The translations under genes and the position numbers were made by a program. This document shows positions 12,207 to 23,845 of a DNA stretch of 64,000 nt, one piece after another. The notes beneath the pieces are model-generated. The model saw nothing but the letters and a program-made list of their open reading frames with translations. It did no database searches and was not told the DNA's origin. How positions within the stretch are numbered: the first letter of the stretch is position 1; each line of letters opens with the position of its first letter. The DNA is from Octopus sinensis (taxonomy: Eukaryota). The DNA lies in the NCBI RefSeq assembly GCF_006345805.1, contig NC_042999.1, positions 156,798,001 to 156,862,000 of the forward strand. The letters are read 5' to 3'.

Positions 12207-13440
12207 CAGGGGTTGGACAAAATAATGGAAACACCTAGCATATTAGTATCATGATTTTGAAATATATATAAAACTGTTAAAAGCTTTATTTGTGAGTATT
12301 TTGATTTATTATTAGTGTTGCTTAATATGTTTTGCTAAAATTGCAATTTCTTTTCAGATATCATCAGAAAAAGGTAATTAAAATTCATTAAAATGACAGA
12401 TCTATCAGACTTTCAAAAAGCTCAAATTGTTGGTACTCATATGGCAGGTGCCAGCGTAATGAAAACAGCCGAAATGTTTGGTGTATCAAGAAGTACTGCC
12501 TTGAAAGTAATGACAGCCTTTGGAGAAAGAAGGAAAAACCTCCTTGATGAAACAAAACTCCAGAAGAAAACCAAAACTTTCAGATAGAAAGGATCACAAA
12601 AGTACAGCTCCCAAAAATTACTGCAGAGCTTAATGACCACCTTGAGAACCTAGTTTCCACAAAAACTGTTTGCCAGGAGCTTCACAAAGCTGAATTTCAT
12701 GGGACAGCTGCAATCAGAAAACCACTACTTTCAAAAATGAATGTTGCAAAGCATTTAGAGTGGAGTAAAAACCTATAGAATTGGTCCCAAGAGCAGTGGA
12801 AGAATGTTAATTTCTCAGACGAGTCATCCTTTACCTGACCACTGGCTGAGTATACGTGTGGAGACAGCCAAAAGAAGCATTTGACCCAGACTGCCTTCTT
12901 TCAACTGTTAAACGTGGAGGATCTGTGATGATTGGTGGTGGGGCTATATCTTGGAAAACTGCTGGCCCAGTGGTTTCCCTTCAAGGCAGAATTAATAATC
13001 AAGAATATTCAAGCATTTTATCTGATCAAATTCATCCTATGGTTGTGGAACTTTTCTGGAGAGAAACGCAATCTTTCAAGATGATAATGCACCAATTCAC
13101 ACAGCTAAAGTCGTTACTGAATGGCACAAAGAACATTCTAGTGAAGTTGAACATCTTATCTGGCCACCACAGTCCCCAGATCTCAATATTATTGAACATT
13201 TATGGTTTATTTTAGAAAAAAAAGTAAGGAGTCACTATCCTCCACCATCATCACTACAAGAAGTGGAGACTGTTTTAGCTGAAGAATGGACAAAAATTCC
13301 TTTGGAAACAATTTAAAGTTTGTACGATTCCATACTTCATAGAATTCAAGCTGTAATTACTGCCAAAAGTCGTCCTACCCCATTTTAAAATAAATTTGTT
13401 TGAATTTTTAAGGTGTTTCCATTATTTTGTCCAACCCCTG
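12207..13440 (+). mobile_element. Full-length Tc1-family (DD34E) transposon with disrupted transposase
   Basis: Perfect 30-bp TIRs CAGGGGTTGGACAAAATAATGGAAACACCT; TA at left; HTH MTDLSDFQKAQIVG, FSDESSF, FQDDNAPIH, WPPQSPDLNIIEHLW; frameshifts. Confidence 0.96.
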
Positions 13441-13724
13441 TGTGTAAGTTATAGGCATTTTGAAATGGTTGTCCAGATAAGACTTAACATAATCTCTGTC
13501 TTCTATTTTGATTTCCTTTCTTTTGTAATCTTCATTTTGAGCTCCATGAAGATATGGGCAGGTATAGTGGTGAAGAATACTTGCACACCCACACACACAC
13601 AACTAATTGCATACCGATATATATACACATACACATTTATCATCACAAAAACTATGTTGGTGCTCTACTCAAAATTTAAACACACTAATCGACTTATACC
13701 TAGTAGTCCAAAATATTTATTATT

Positions 13725-14193
13725 ACTAGAAATATTTCATTTCTAAATCTCTCAGAGAGACTTATACAGTGGCAGCTTGATAAAGTGAAGGCTTGTTGCC
13801 AACTTAATGTGTCAGTCCCAGGAAATGGAAGAATGCTACTGCTATTTAGGCCTGGGAAATACCGTTTCCAGTTGGCTATGTGACAAAAGCATTCTGTGTC
13901 CTTATGTTTTCAAAGGGGAGATAAGCACCTCCACTCAGCAAAGCCAGCTTCCAGAGACTAGTTTCAGAGTCATTGCCCCTCATCAGTCTGGAGTAGCATG
14001 GCTTGCTAGCTGTCAATGCTTATTCACCTTTGAAAACATAGAATTTCAAGTGAAATAATTTCACTGATCTGCAAAACTAGAAATATTGCATTTCTAAATC
14101 TCTCAGTGAGACTTATACAGTAGCATCACAATAACGTGATGGTTTGTTGCCAACTTAATGTGGCAGTCCCAGGAAAGAGAAGAATGCTACTGC
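13725..14193 (-). mobile_element. Retrozyme-like element: 351-nt unit with ~118-bp terminal direct repeats
   Basis: 13725-13842 ~ 14076-14193; central hammerhead and long self-complementary rod. Confidence 0.7.
13950..13992 (-). ncRNA. Minimal type I hammerhead ribozyme motif
   Basis: TCCAGA-CTGATGA-GGGG caatga CTCT-GAAAC TA GTC|TCTGGA: 6-bp stem I, intact core, palindromic ACTAGT helix III, GUC site. Confidence 0.85.
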
Positions 14194-14199
14194 AACAAA

Positions 14200-14545
14200 C
14201 CAAAAGTTTTAGGTGTGGAAGTAAGGCCTAGAACTGAAGGGCCTTAGAGTTAACCAAGTAAAAAACCAAAGTCTTTGTAAGAAGGAAAGCAGACAAAACA
14301 CAAATCCCTTCAAGATTACTAGACATAAACTTAATTCTGTTGGAATTGACTGCTCAATCTGTAGAAAAAGTGAATGGTAGAAACTCCATAAGATGTACCC
14401 ATTGTAAGCTATGTACACATAAGAAGTGCTGCAATATCAAAGGAAAGTTAACTGGGAGGATAGTTTTTGTGTGTGGAAGATGCACAAGTGCAATAAACAC
14501 TGAAGATGTACAGAAAATAGATTCCATCACATACTACGGGAAAAA
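14200..14545 (+). pseudogene. RTE LINE fragment (post-RT Cys-rich region)
   Basis: GLRVNQVKTKV...GRNSIRCTHCKLCTHKKCCNIKGKLTGRIVFVCGRC. Confidence 0.75.
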
Positions 14546-15084
14546 AACTAGAAGTAGTACTACTTTTCTTTTTCAAGCCTGGCACTAATTCTGATAAGCC
14601 TGGTACTTCTGCTGAACTGCTAAGTTACAGGAATGTAAACACACCAACACCAGTTGTCAAGCAGTGGTGGGAGACACACACACACACACACACATATAAC
14701 AGCAGCACACCAACCATCATGATGTTCACTGGCTGTTTGATTTTTATCACTCTCAGTACATGACCTCAGAGGGTGCTGTCCTCAGATTGACACCCAAACA
14801 CTCTGAAATGTTTGTATTGAAGTGTCTGGCATGAATACCAAGCAGTACAGCATGTTGTTTCTAAATTTCTGGCAGAGTGAATTGTGTCATGGAGCTGTTT
14901 TTCTCACAGACGGTACCCAACTGACCCTACTATACTGTATAGTTGACAAAATCAAAAACAAACAATGCACATGCATGAAATTAAAAATATAAAATGGCAT
15001 CAATTTACCCATCGCACCCTGTATACATATATATATATATATAAAATATACGTATAAATGTGTATATATATATATATATATACT

Positions 15085-15530
15085 TTCAGCACTTTCAGTA
15101 AAAACAATTCAGATTCAAGTGAATTCCAATGAATTCACACGAATGCATTATTATGGATAAATTCATCGTCTCTGAGTATGAAATATCTCCTCATATCTCC
15201 GGAAATTACACCTGCATTATTATGGATGGATTTACCTTTTCTGTGAAGCTAACAAACCTTTTTAAAAACCTTTTATAAAACTGTGCATCATTAGAGAACT
15301 TTTGAAGTCTGCTTACAATCTAACTTTGCTTTTCATAGAACTCTCTTCGATACTTCATGAGTGTAGCCTCACCCCCTAGGATGTTTGGAAAACTCATATG
15401 TGTTTTGGCTGATGAATACGGGACACTTGTATTTGCTGCTATATATGCAGCTTTTAATAAATCTGTTCTTCGTATGAAACAATTGTACTGAACAACTAAT
15501 CCATTCTTGTTGCTTTTTTTTGTATATATA
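15085..15530 (+). mobile_element. Probable Penelope-like element 3' end / pLTR relic
   Basis: KLCIIREL..ELSSILH-like C-terminal remnant followed by a hammerhead motif; bounded by (TA)n. Confidence 0.5.
15403..15493 (+). ncRNA. Type I hammerhead ribozyme motif with extended stem II
   Basis: TTTTGG-CTGATGA-ATACG...CGTAT-GAAAC AATT GTA|CTGAA: intact core, palindromic ACAATTGT helix III, GUA site. Confidence 0.75.
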
Positions 15531-15783
15531 TATACATATATATATAGTTATCCGCAATAATGAAGGGTGAAATCAATTAATTTGGAATAATTATCAACTT
15601 AAAAACTTAAAAATGTATGATAGATTGCCGTCAATTCATTCTCTCTTACCTGTTTGTGTCTGCCTTCCAATTGCTGTTTTTACTGAGATCTTCCTTTTTA
15701 GTAGAAGAAATAGCTATAACTCTTTGACTGCTATTTCTAAATTCGGTATGTGGTAAGGCAATTCATTGCTAAACCCTTTATTG

Positions 15784-15795
15784 CTTGGTATATAT

Positions 15796-15837
<42 letters not shown>

Positions 15838-15940
15838 TACATTTATACATATACTATATATATATATATATATATATTTAGTGAAGGGAATTATTTTGAA
15901 TAATCCGTAACAAGATAATTCATTTATCCATTTCAATAAA

Positions 15941-15990
<50 letters not shown>

Positions 15991-16020
15991 TACATTTATA
16001 CATATATATATATATATATA
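15784..16020. repeat. (TA)n microsatellite cluster
   Basis: Direct reading. Confidence 0.95.
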
Positions 16021-16206
16021 GGCATACCTCAGCTTAAGTCATTTCAATTTAAGTCTCTCAATTATATGTCAGTTTTCAAAAAAGGATATATGGAAAAATA
16101 AAAATCAAGTGAAGTCATTTTACTCAACTTTACATGTCTGCCACAAATATTGGAATCATAAAATCGCTAAAAAAACCATTAAACACATAAAATCATGTTA
16201 CTGTGC

Positions 16207-16520
16207 AATAGGAGCACTCCATCAGTTACGACGACGAGGGTCCCAATGGAAGAGCTTGCCTGTGAAATTAATATGCAAGTGGCTGAGCACTCCACAGACA
16301 CATGTACTCTTCACGTAGTTCTCAGGGAGATTCAGTGTGACACAGAATGTGACAAAGCTGACCCTCTGAAATACTAGTACTACACATTTTTGTCAGCTGA
16401 GTGGACTGGAGCAACATGAAATAAAGTGTCTTGCTTGAGGACACAATGTGTCACCAGGAATTGAACTCACAACCTTATGATTGTGAGCTGAATGCCCTAA
16501 CCACTAAGCCATGCACCTGT
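16207..16520 (-). mobile_element. Older, diverged SINE related to family B
   Basis: AGCACTCC..GTTACGACGACGAGGG..GTGGCTGAGCACTCCACAGACAC similarity. Confidence 0.75.
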
Positions 16521-17019
16521 ACAATAAATAAGAATAAAAGCATATAAAGCCATATTAAAATACGTACAGTAAATGTTAAGTTACACACCATAAAGTAGCG
16601 TAGCTTAGTGAACAAAATCATGGACTCTTGAAATCACCAAAGTGTATGTATGTATTGGTAAATTTAGAATAATTTAGTATTTTTTTTACTATTGTGAAAT
16701 AATAATAATTACTGAATTTTATTTTACCATGTCTTATTGCAAACTGCTTTCATAAATAAAGCATCTGCAATGTATGGTAAACACTGCCAAATTGTATTTG
16801 TGAATTTAGATCAGTATTTTTTTTTTACTGTACTGTATTAAAAAATAAAAAATATTTGTTTGTAAGCTTAAAATAGATTTTTATAAACTATGTATTATTG
16901 AAAAAGCATTCATAAATAAAGAACAGAACTGGAAATGGTTATTATCGATTTAGCTTAGAGACAAATTGATTCAACTTAAGTCTTATCTCCTGGAATCAAT
17001 TAATGATGTAGGGTGAGGT

Positions 17020-17038
17020 ATGTCTATGTGTATGTATG

Positions 17039-17100
<62 letters not shown>

Positions 17101-17180
17101 GAGACAGACAGACAGACAGACAAAGAGAGTGAGAGAGACACATCCACACACACCAATACACACAAGCACACACACACAGA
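17020..17180. repeat. Compound (TA)(GA)(GACA)(CA) microsatellite
   Basis: Direct reading. Confidence 0.95.
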
Positions 17181-17626
17181 TATGTACACACATATAAACA
17201 TATATATACACAATCACTTCAGTCAATACACATACATAGAGGATCAAACTATCAAATATATACATCTACAGAGACACACATACACTCATACACTATTATA
17301 CTTTATTACCAAGAATGAATACTGTGATATACTGTAAATAGGGGTAATATATAGAAAAGTTCATATCTTAACAGCATAAATACACCATATCATATAGACT
17401 GTTAGCAATGATGAATATGATATATATTGTTACAGACACATAATAAAATAACATGACAAATTATATTTACACAAAACTACTATATAAGACAATGAAGCAA
17501 TGACTATCAGATTTCAAATGAATGCTTAGAAATAACATATTAAAGAGAAAAACAATTAGTTTTAAATCTCTGAATGAGAAGTCGGTAGTAACACTACTAC
17601 AGAGATAAAATCTATTTGTTAATGTA

Positions 17627-17896
17627 AAGTGGCACTCCTGATAAAGACGGTGTTACTACCTTTTTTTAGCCCCAGGAAAACATCTTTCCCAGCTAGCTAC
17701 GGATGTACAACTGTGTCTTTATACCCCAAACGAGGGAGCTAATGTCCCCACTCAGCCTGAAACCGTTTAAGGCTGAGTGGGGACATTAGTTCCCATGTTT
17801 CAGGTATAAGTGTTGTGTGTCAGTAGCCACTTTGAAAAGAGGTCTTCCTGAGGCTAATAAAAGGTAGTAACATCAACCTAATCAGGACTGCCACTT
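17627..17896. mobile_element. Palindromic MITE, ~270 bp
   Basis: TA-AAGTGGCACTCCTGAT ... ATCAGGACTGCCACTT-TA termini; inner hairpin GGGAGCTAATGTCCCCACTCAGCC/GGCTGAGTGGGGACATTAGTTCCC. Confidence 0.8.
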
Positions 17897-17953
17897 TATT
17901 TTGGCAAATAAATTTTATTCTAACATAATATTGTTAAGTAACAACTAAGAGAT

Positions 17954-18100
17954 AGGCACAGGCATGGTTGTGTGGTAAGAAGCTTGCTTTCCCAACCATA
18001 TGGTTTGGGGTTCAGTTCCACAGTGTGGCACCAAACTTGGGCCAACTAAAGCCTTGTGAGTGGATTTGGTAAATGGAAACTGAAAGAAACCTGTCATATA
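17954..18100 (+). mobile_element. SINE family A 5' half, diverged
   Basis: Head homology ending at the internal (TA)n. Confidence 0.75.
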
Positions 18101-18114
18101 TATATATATATAGA

Positions 18115-18560
18115 TATTAGGCAAGTTATTTCCGAGTCCACAGGGGAGAGAAGTTCAATTTAGTGGTACTAAAATGAATTACTGTATTATATACATATAT
18201 ATAGGTAAGTTTAAGAGACAGAATCACCCGCAAGCAATTCAATCATCATTGAATGTCATTACCCACAATAGGTACATATAGGACTAAATATTAAAATCAT
18301 TAAAATACCTACAATTCTTATTCCAAATTATCAAAATTAATACCTTCCATTCTTATTTCATAGCATATACTTTACTACGCGCGTTTCATGACAACATATT
18401 CCTCGATATTGTTGAAATAGAATGTCTCTAAATACAATACCATATTAAAACGATTATATTGCCAATCTTCAGGTCTAGCTTATATGAACTTATTTTGCTA
18501 TTCACATCTTATATAAAGACATGATCAACTAAAATTATATAACTAGAAGTTGTTGGAATA
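18115..18560 (-). mobile_element. AT-rich non-coding element with hammerhead-like motif at 18376-18472
   Basis: CTGAAGA-T-TGGCAATATA..TATGTTGTCA-T-GAAAC GCGC GTA; terminus related to the 25759 and 57395 ends. Confidence 0.6.
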
Positions 18561-19009
18561 ATTTTACTTGAGTAAATAATGAACAGAAATGTGGAATAAA
18601 AGTAGGAAAAAGAAATGTTAGTAAAAAGAAATGTTAACTCATGTGTATGGTCATTTTCTCTTCATGAATTAAACATGGCTACCAGCAATCGTATAATCCA
18701 GCATTAAGAGCTATTTTGCAGGGAGATAATTCTTATTAACATTTAAAAGTTCTCAAAAGTTATTTTCTATTATTTATGATAATAAATCAGGAGAAGCCAG
18801 AAGTGAGTGTATGATGGCAATAGTTTTTTTTCTTGGTTAATTTATTTTATTTAAATGTTAACTTTGATAAATAATAAATTTCTAGGTCGGTAAATAGGTA
18901 AACTAAATTAAAAAGCATAAAGCACCTGTGAAAAAGGGTTTAAGAACAATAACAGCAGATTTTGCAACAATATATCCTAAAGTAAGCCTAATTCCTGGAC
19001 AAAAAATAT

Positions 19010-20240
19010 GTGGCTCTTGCAGAAAAATCTTTGCCCACATTTCAAATTGAACCATCATCAGAAGATATGAGAGATGTTACATCAACTACCACTGAAGCAA
19101 CTTCATCATTGACAGATGTCTTTGTAGAAGAAAATGCAGAATTAGAAATCTTCAGCAATGATTTGTCTGAAATAGGAGAATCTCCAATAAAAGAAAAAAA
19201 CAAAAGATAGTTACTACCATCATGTATGCTGAAAAAAAAAAAAAATCAAAAATGCTTTTGCTCAAAAGACGCAAATCATTTCATCTAGAAGGGAAATTGG
19301 TAAATTATCAAAGGAACTTAAAGATCATCACCCTGAAAGTGAAATAATTAACCAGATAAAAGAAAATTCCCAACAACAGGAAAAAGATGAGAAAAATCTT
19401 CAAATTTTAACAATTCTGCCAAAAAGCTGGTCTATGAAAAAAATCCCAAAGGAGTTCAATGTGAATGATTGCATGGCTAGACGAGCTAAAAGGCTGGTCT
19501 GTGAGCAAAGGATTTTATCATATTCTAGCTATAGAAAAAGCACATTTCCTCAAGAAACTGCCAATTGTGTTTCTCAGTTTTATAAAAATGAAGCTGAGTT
19601 ATGCCAGGAAAAAAGGATTACAAATCAGTAAAGAAAAATGGCAAAAGAGTCCTTGAGCACAAGTACTTCATACTTTGTAACTTAAAGGAAGTCATCCACT
19701 TGTTTAAATCAAAAAATCCTAAAATCAAAATTGGTTTCTCAAATTTTGCAGAGCTAAGGCCAAAAGAATGCATACTTGCAGGTAGTGCTGGTACATATAA
19801 TGTATGCGTTTGCACTATTCATTAGAATGTCAAACTAATGATTTCTGGCATGAAACTATCTGATTTAACCAAAGATATGAAGTTTTACTTGATTAATTAT
19901 AAACAATGTTTGGAATCAGTTACTTGAAACCCAACAACAAATAACTGCTACATGGGCAACTGTTCAAATTGTAATTCCTTGCTAGAAGAGTTTGAAAAAT
20001 TCTTATATGGAATGTTAATGTGAATATGATTGATGAAGTACAGTATAAGTAATGGCTAACAACAGAAAGAACAATCCTAGAAAACATATCAAAATCAACA
20101 GATGATTTTGTTGAAATTTTCTGTTAAAAGCTTAAAGCACTAAAAGCACATGATTTGCAAAGGAACAATCTAAATTTTGTACTTCAAGAAAAGAGTTTTT
20201 AAGTGAATGAGAAACCTTAGTCACAGCAGATTTTTCAGAG
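19010..20240 (+). pseudogene. N-terminal half of a decayed DDE transposase (DFSENY type)
   Basis: ILCNLKE..KIGFSNFAELRPKECILAGSAGTYNVCVCTIH..TADFSEN; many stops; superfamily uncertain, Sola-related by recollection. Confidence 0.8.
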
Positions 20241-20377
20241 AACCAGATGGCTGCACCAGGCACCAGTCTTGATCTGGCAGAGTTTCTACAGCTGGATGCC
20301 CTTCCTAATGCCAACCACTCCGTGAGTGTAGTGGGTGCTTTTTATGTGCCACCTGCACGGGGGCCAGTCAGGCGGTC
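20240..20377 (-). mobile_element. RTE 3'-UTR fragment lacking its tail
   Basis: Reverse complement of the AAAAGCACCCACTACACTC..GGAAGGGCATCCAG module. Confidence 0.8.
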
Positions 20378-20384
20378 GTGGTTA

Positions 20385-21434
20385 AATTTACAAAGGCTGT
20401 CTGAATAGCCCAATGTTAAAACATCTGACTTTCTAGGGTACTGAAATGAGGATGAAGGTCCTTTAGGTTCAAGAAAGGTGAGTTTTACTTGCATAGTTTC
20501 TGAGTATGTTTCTAGAACACAGGCTAACCACCAGTCACCGTCATAAATTGAGCTACAAACCCTTTTATATCCTCAAATTGAATAGCATCTTGCATGGAGA
20601 CTCTGATTTTAGTATAATTATCTATCGTAAATATCATATTTACCTTCATTTCTGAAGGTGATTTTGGAATAAAGCAATGCAACTTTTGTGCCCCTAGAAT
20701 TGTTCTTGCCTTTCTAAATCTCTCTCTCAATAGATTTTCTTCATTCTGTATTTCATCATTTGAGGAGTAGATAAAATTAATTCCAGGAATGTTTTGCTAA
20801 CCATAATCATAAAGTTGTCTTGGAGTCATGATTTGTTAATTGAAAGGACATTATAAACTGCCTGAGCTGCCATTCATTTAATTGTACCTCTTAAGCCATC
20901 ACAAGGTCCCTTCTCATGAGAAGTAGCAAAGAAATGGCACTCTACATCAGTTTGGAAACCTCTAGATTAGTAGCATAAACTTATAAAATTCTTACAATTT
21001 TCATATTGTGAAGTAACACCATCTGAAAAATAGATAATTTTGTTGCTATTTTAAGGTTTTGCCCCAAAGAAAATGTATCAGCTTTTTTATTTATTATTAT
21101 TTTGTTTTTGGAAGAGATGGGCTGCTATTGTATCATACTTCATACAGTCAGATATAATAACAACATTGATGTTAGTCATACCATTGTTTTGTTTATAATA
21201 ACAGGCAAACGGATGGATAGGGGCTTGGGCATTGTTCCAATGAAATCCTTGTACTGCATCTTGCAAGATGAATGAATAGTTCTCTGAAAAATCTGCTGTG
21301 ACTAAGGTGTCTCTTTCACTTAAAAACTCTTTTCTTGAAGTACAAAATTTAGATTGTTCCTTTGCAAATCATGTGCTTTAAGCTTTTGACAGAAAATTTC
21401 AACAAAATCATCTGTTGATTTTGATATGTTTTCT
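20385..21434 (-). pseudogene. C-terminal half of the same DDE transposase, inverted
   Basis: TADFSENYSFILQDAVQGFHW; IIYFSDGVTSQYENCKNF; HFFATSHEKGPCDG; GDWWLACV..FLEPKGP. Confidence 0.85.
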
Positions 21435-21690
21435 GGCTTCCGTGCCGGTGGCACGTAAAATACAGCAATCCGACCGTGACCGTTGCCAGCCTCACCTGGC
21501 ACCTGTGCAGGTGGCACGTAAAAAGCACCCACTACACTCATGGGGTGGTTGGCATTAGGAAGGGCATCCAGCTGTAGAAACATTGCCAGATAAGACTGGA
21601 GCCTGGTGCAGCCTTCTGGCTTCCCAGATCCCCGGTCGAACTGTCCAACCCATGCTAGCATGGAGAACGGACGTTAAACGATGATGATGA
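21435..21690 (+). mobile_element. RTE LINE 3' end
   Basis: GTGCCGGTGGCAC modules plus ATGCTAGCATGG and (GAT)n tail. Confidence 0.88.
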
Positions 21691-21711
21691 TCTATTATGC
21701 AATTTCTAAGC

Positions 21712-21786
21712 AGATTTATATAGCTACAATTATGATTTATATAGCTACAATTATGATTTATATAGCTACAATTATGATTTATATAG
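21712..21786. repeat. 21-bp tandem repeat GATTTATATAGCTACAATTAT, ~3.5 copies
   Basis: Direct reading. Confidence 0.9.
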
Positions 21787-22076
21787 TACATGTACATATA
21801 TTCTTATACCAGACATGAGCAAACTGTGGCATGAGGGAGTTTTTGAATGGCATGCTTAATGAAAAGTTACCTTGAATTGTTTTAGTTCTGTGGTCCACCT
21901 GACAATGAGCCATGTCACATGCAGCCTACTTCTTGATTAAAAGGTTACCCATGCCTGTCCTACACAACTGTAATCATTATAATTATAACTATTATTATTT
22001 TTATTATTGTTGTTATTTTGATATATTGCATAATAAATAAAAATTCAAGTAAATTTATGCCTGCAGTGAATCACTA

Positions 22077-23408
22077 CTGTAAAAACCCATGTAATTAGTG
22101 CACTTGTGTAATTTATACAGGTGATTTTCAGGATAAAATTTGTTAAAAAATTACTTCTACTCAGGTAAAATTCGCACCCAAAAGTTTTCAGAATTGCTGA
22201 TATAGCCAGGGGAAAAAGGTATTCAATTTAGTTGTATTTAGCATAATTTCACTTACTTATGATTAGATTTTATTAAATTTTCAATAAATAAAAATAATTT
22301 TTGTTCAACAGGTATCACATTGAAAGCTATTAAATTACAAAGTGTTTGTGTTGCTTATAATAAACTTTATTTTACATTTCTTGCCCACAAGAGATTATGT
22401 CCAATCTTTAGCATACTGCTGTATGTCTTCTCAAATCAAATCACAGGAAAAGTTGTTAAGAATTACTAACAAAAACAAAGCTGATAAATATGCACAGGTG
22501 TTGCAAATTAAGTTTAATTACCAATTATGTAAACAGAATTCTCTTCTGCCTATTCTTGTTGGAACCTTTGATACGGAGTATCGAAATTTTAATCCCTTTC
22601 ACATCTATAAAATGTAAAGCAAACTTAAAAATTTGTCATTACCCTAATTGTCAGTATGGATAGAACTTATGAATTGTTTACAGCAAAGGAGAAATTAAAT
22701 ATGTTGAATCTGCATTTGAACATGACGAGCTGCCGGAAAGTATTTCAATGTTAATGAAGCTAATGTTTGAAATTGGCATACAACAAACTTAAAACTGTGC
22801 TAGTAATAAACAAACAAAACGAAACCATGCAATCAAGATCATCCATATTTTTTATGTTTTGTTTTCCAGTTTCAGCTCTTGAGCTGTGGCCATGCTGGGG
22901 CACCGCCATGCTGGGGCACCGCCATGCTGGGGCACCGCCATGCTGGGGCACCGCCATGCTGGGGCACCGCCATATCACTACATTTTTTTTCAGTCAGGAA
23001 TATCCATATCACTATGTCAATGGTGTTCCATTGCGATAGGTAGAAACTTTAAGCAATGTAAAACATGGCATGGACTGTGTTTACCGGCATGAACGTAAGA
23101 CTTCAAAAAGTAGTTAATCATTTAACAGTTTTAGTAAATTTATACAGAAAAAGTAAGCATTAGACCGTCCAGCATAAATAAAAGTCAACTTCATTATATA
23201 TAAGTCATTATTTTTTTCTGTAAAAACCTATTCTGACATCAAATGGGACAACTACCTATATGAATGTTTACGTTTTGTACGATTTTTTCTCAACAACAAA
23301 AATTTCAAAAAAATTCCGAAAACGATCTACTCATGTAATTTACACACCCCCTAAAGTGTATTTTTATTTTTGCAAAAAAAAATGCATAAATTACATGGAG
23401 TTTTATGG
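22077..23408 (+). mobile_element. pogo/Tigger-like non-autonomous transposon
   Basis: Imperfect TIRs CTGTAAAAACCCATGTAATT / AATTACATGGAGTTTTATGG flanked by TA; HTH remnant RAAGKYFNVNEANV near 22730. Confidence 0.65.
22887..22972. repeat. 16-bp tandem repeat GCCATGCTGGGGCACC, ~5 copies
   Basis: Direct reading; unit matches a SINE-A subterminal segment. Confidence 0.9.
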
Positions 23409-23440
23409 TATTTCATTCATTTTATTTTTAAAATGTATAT

Positions 23441-23845
23441 AGGCTTAGGAGTGGCTGTGTGGTAAGTAGCTTGCTTATGAACCACATGGCTCCAGGTTCA
23501 GTCTCACTGCGTGGCACCTTGGGCAAGTGTCTTCTGCTATAGCCTCGGGCTGACGAAAGCCTTGTGAGTGGATTTGGTAGACGGAAACTGAAAGAAGCCT
23601 GTCATATATATGTATGTATATATGTGTATGAAGTTTGTGTGTCTGTGTTTGTCCCTCTAGCATTGCTTGGCAACCGATGCTGGTGTGTTTACGTCCCCAT
23701 CACTTAGCGGTTTGGCAAAAAAAAACCGATAGAATAAGTACTGGGCTTACAAAGAATAAGTCCCGGGGTCGATTTGCTCGACTAAAGGCGGTGCTCTAGC
23801 ATGGCCACAGTCAAATGACTGAAACAAGTAAAGGAGTAAAGGAGT
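23441..23845 (+). mobile_element. SINE family A copy
   Basis: Full head-to-tail homology. Confidence 0.92.

Noticed and set aside
21712-22972. Short tandem repeats as CRISPR arrays
   Set aside because: No unique spacers; eukaryotic context
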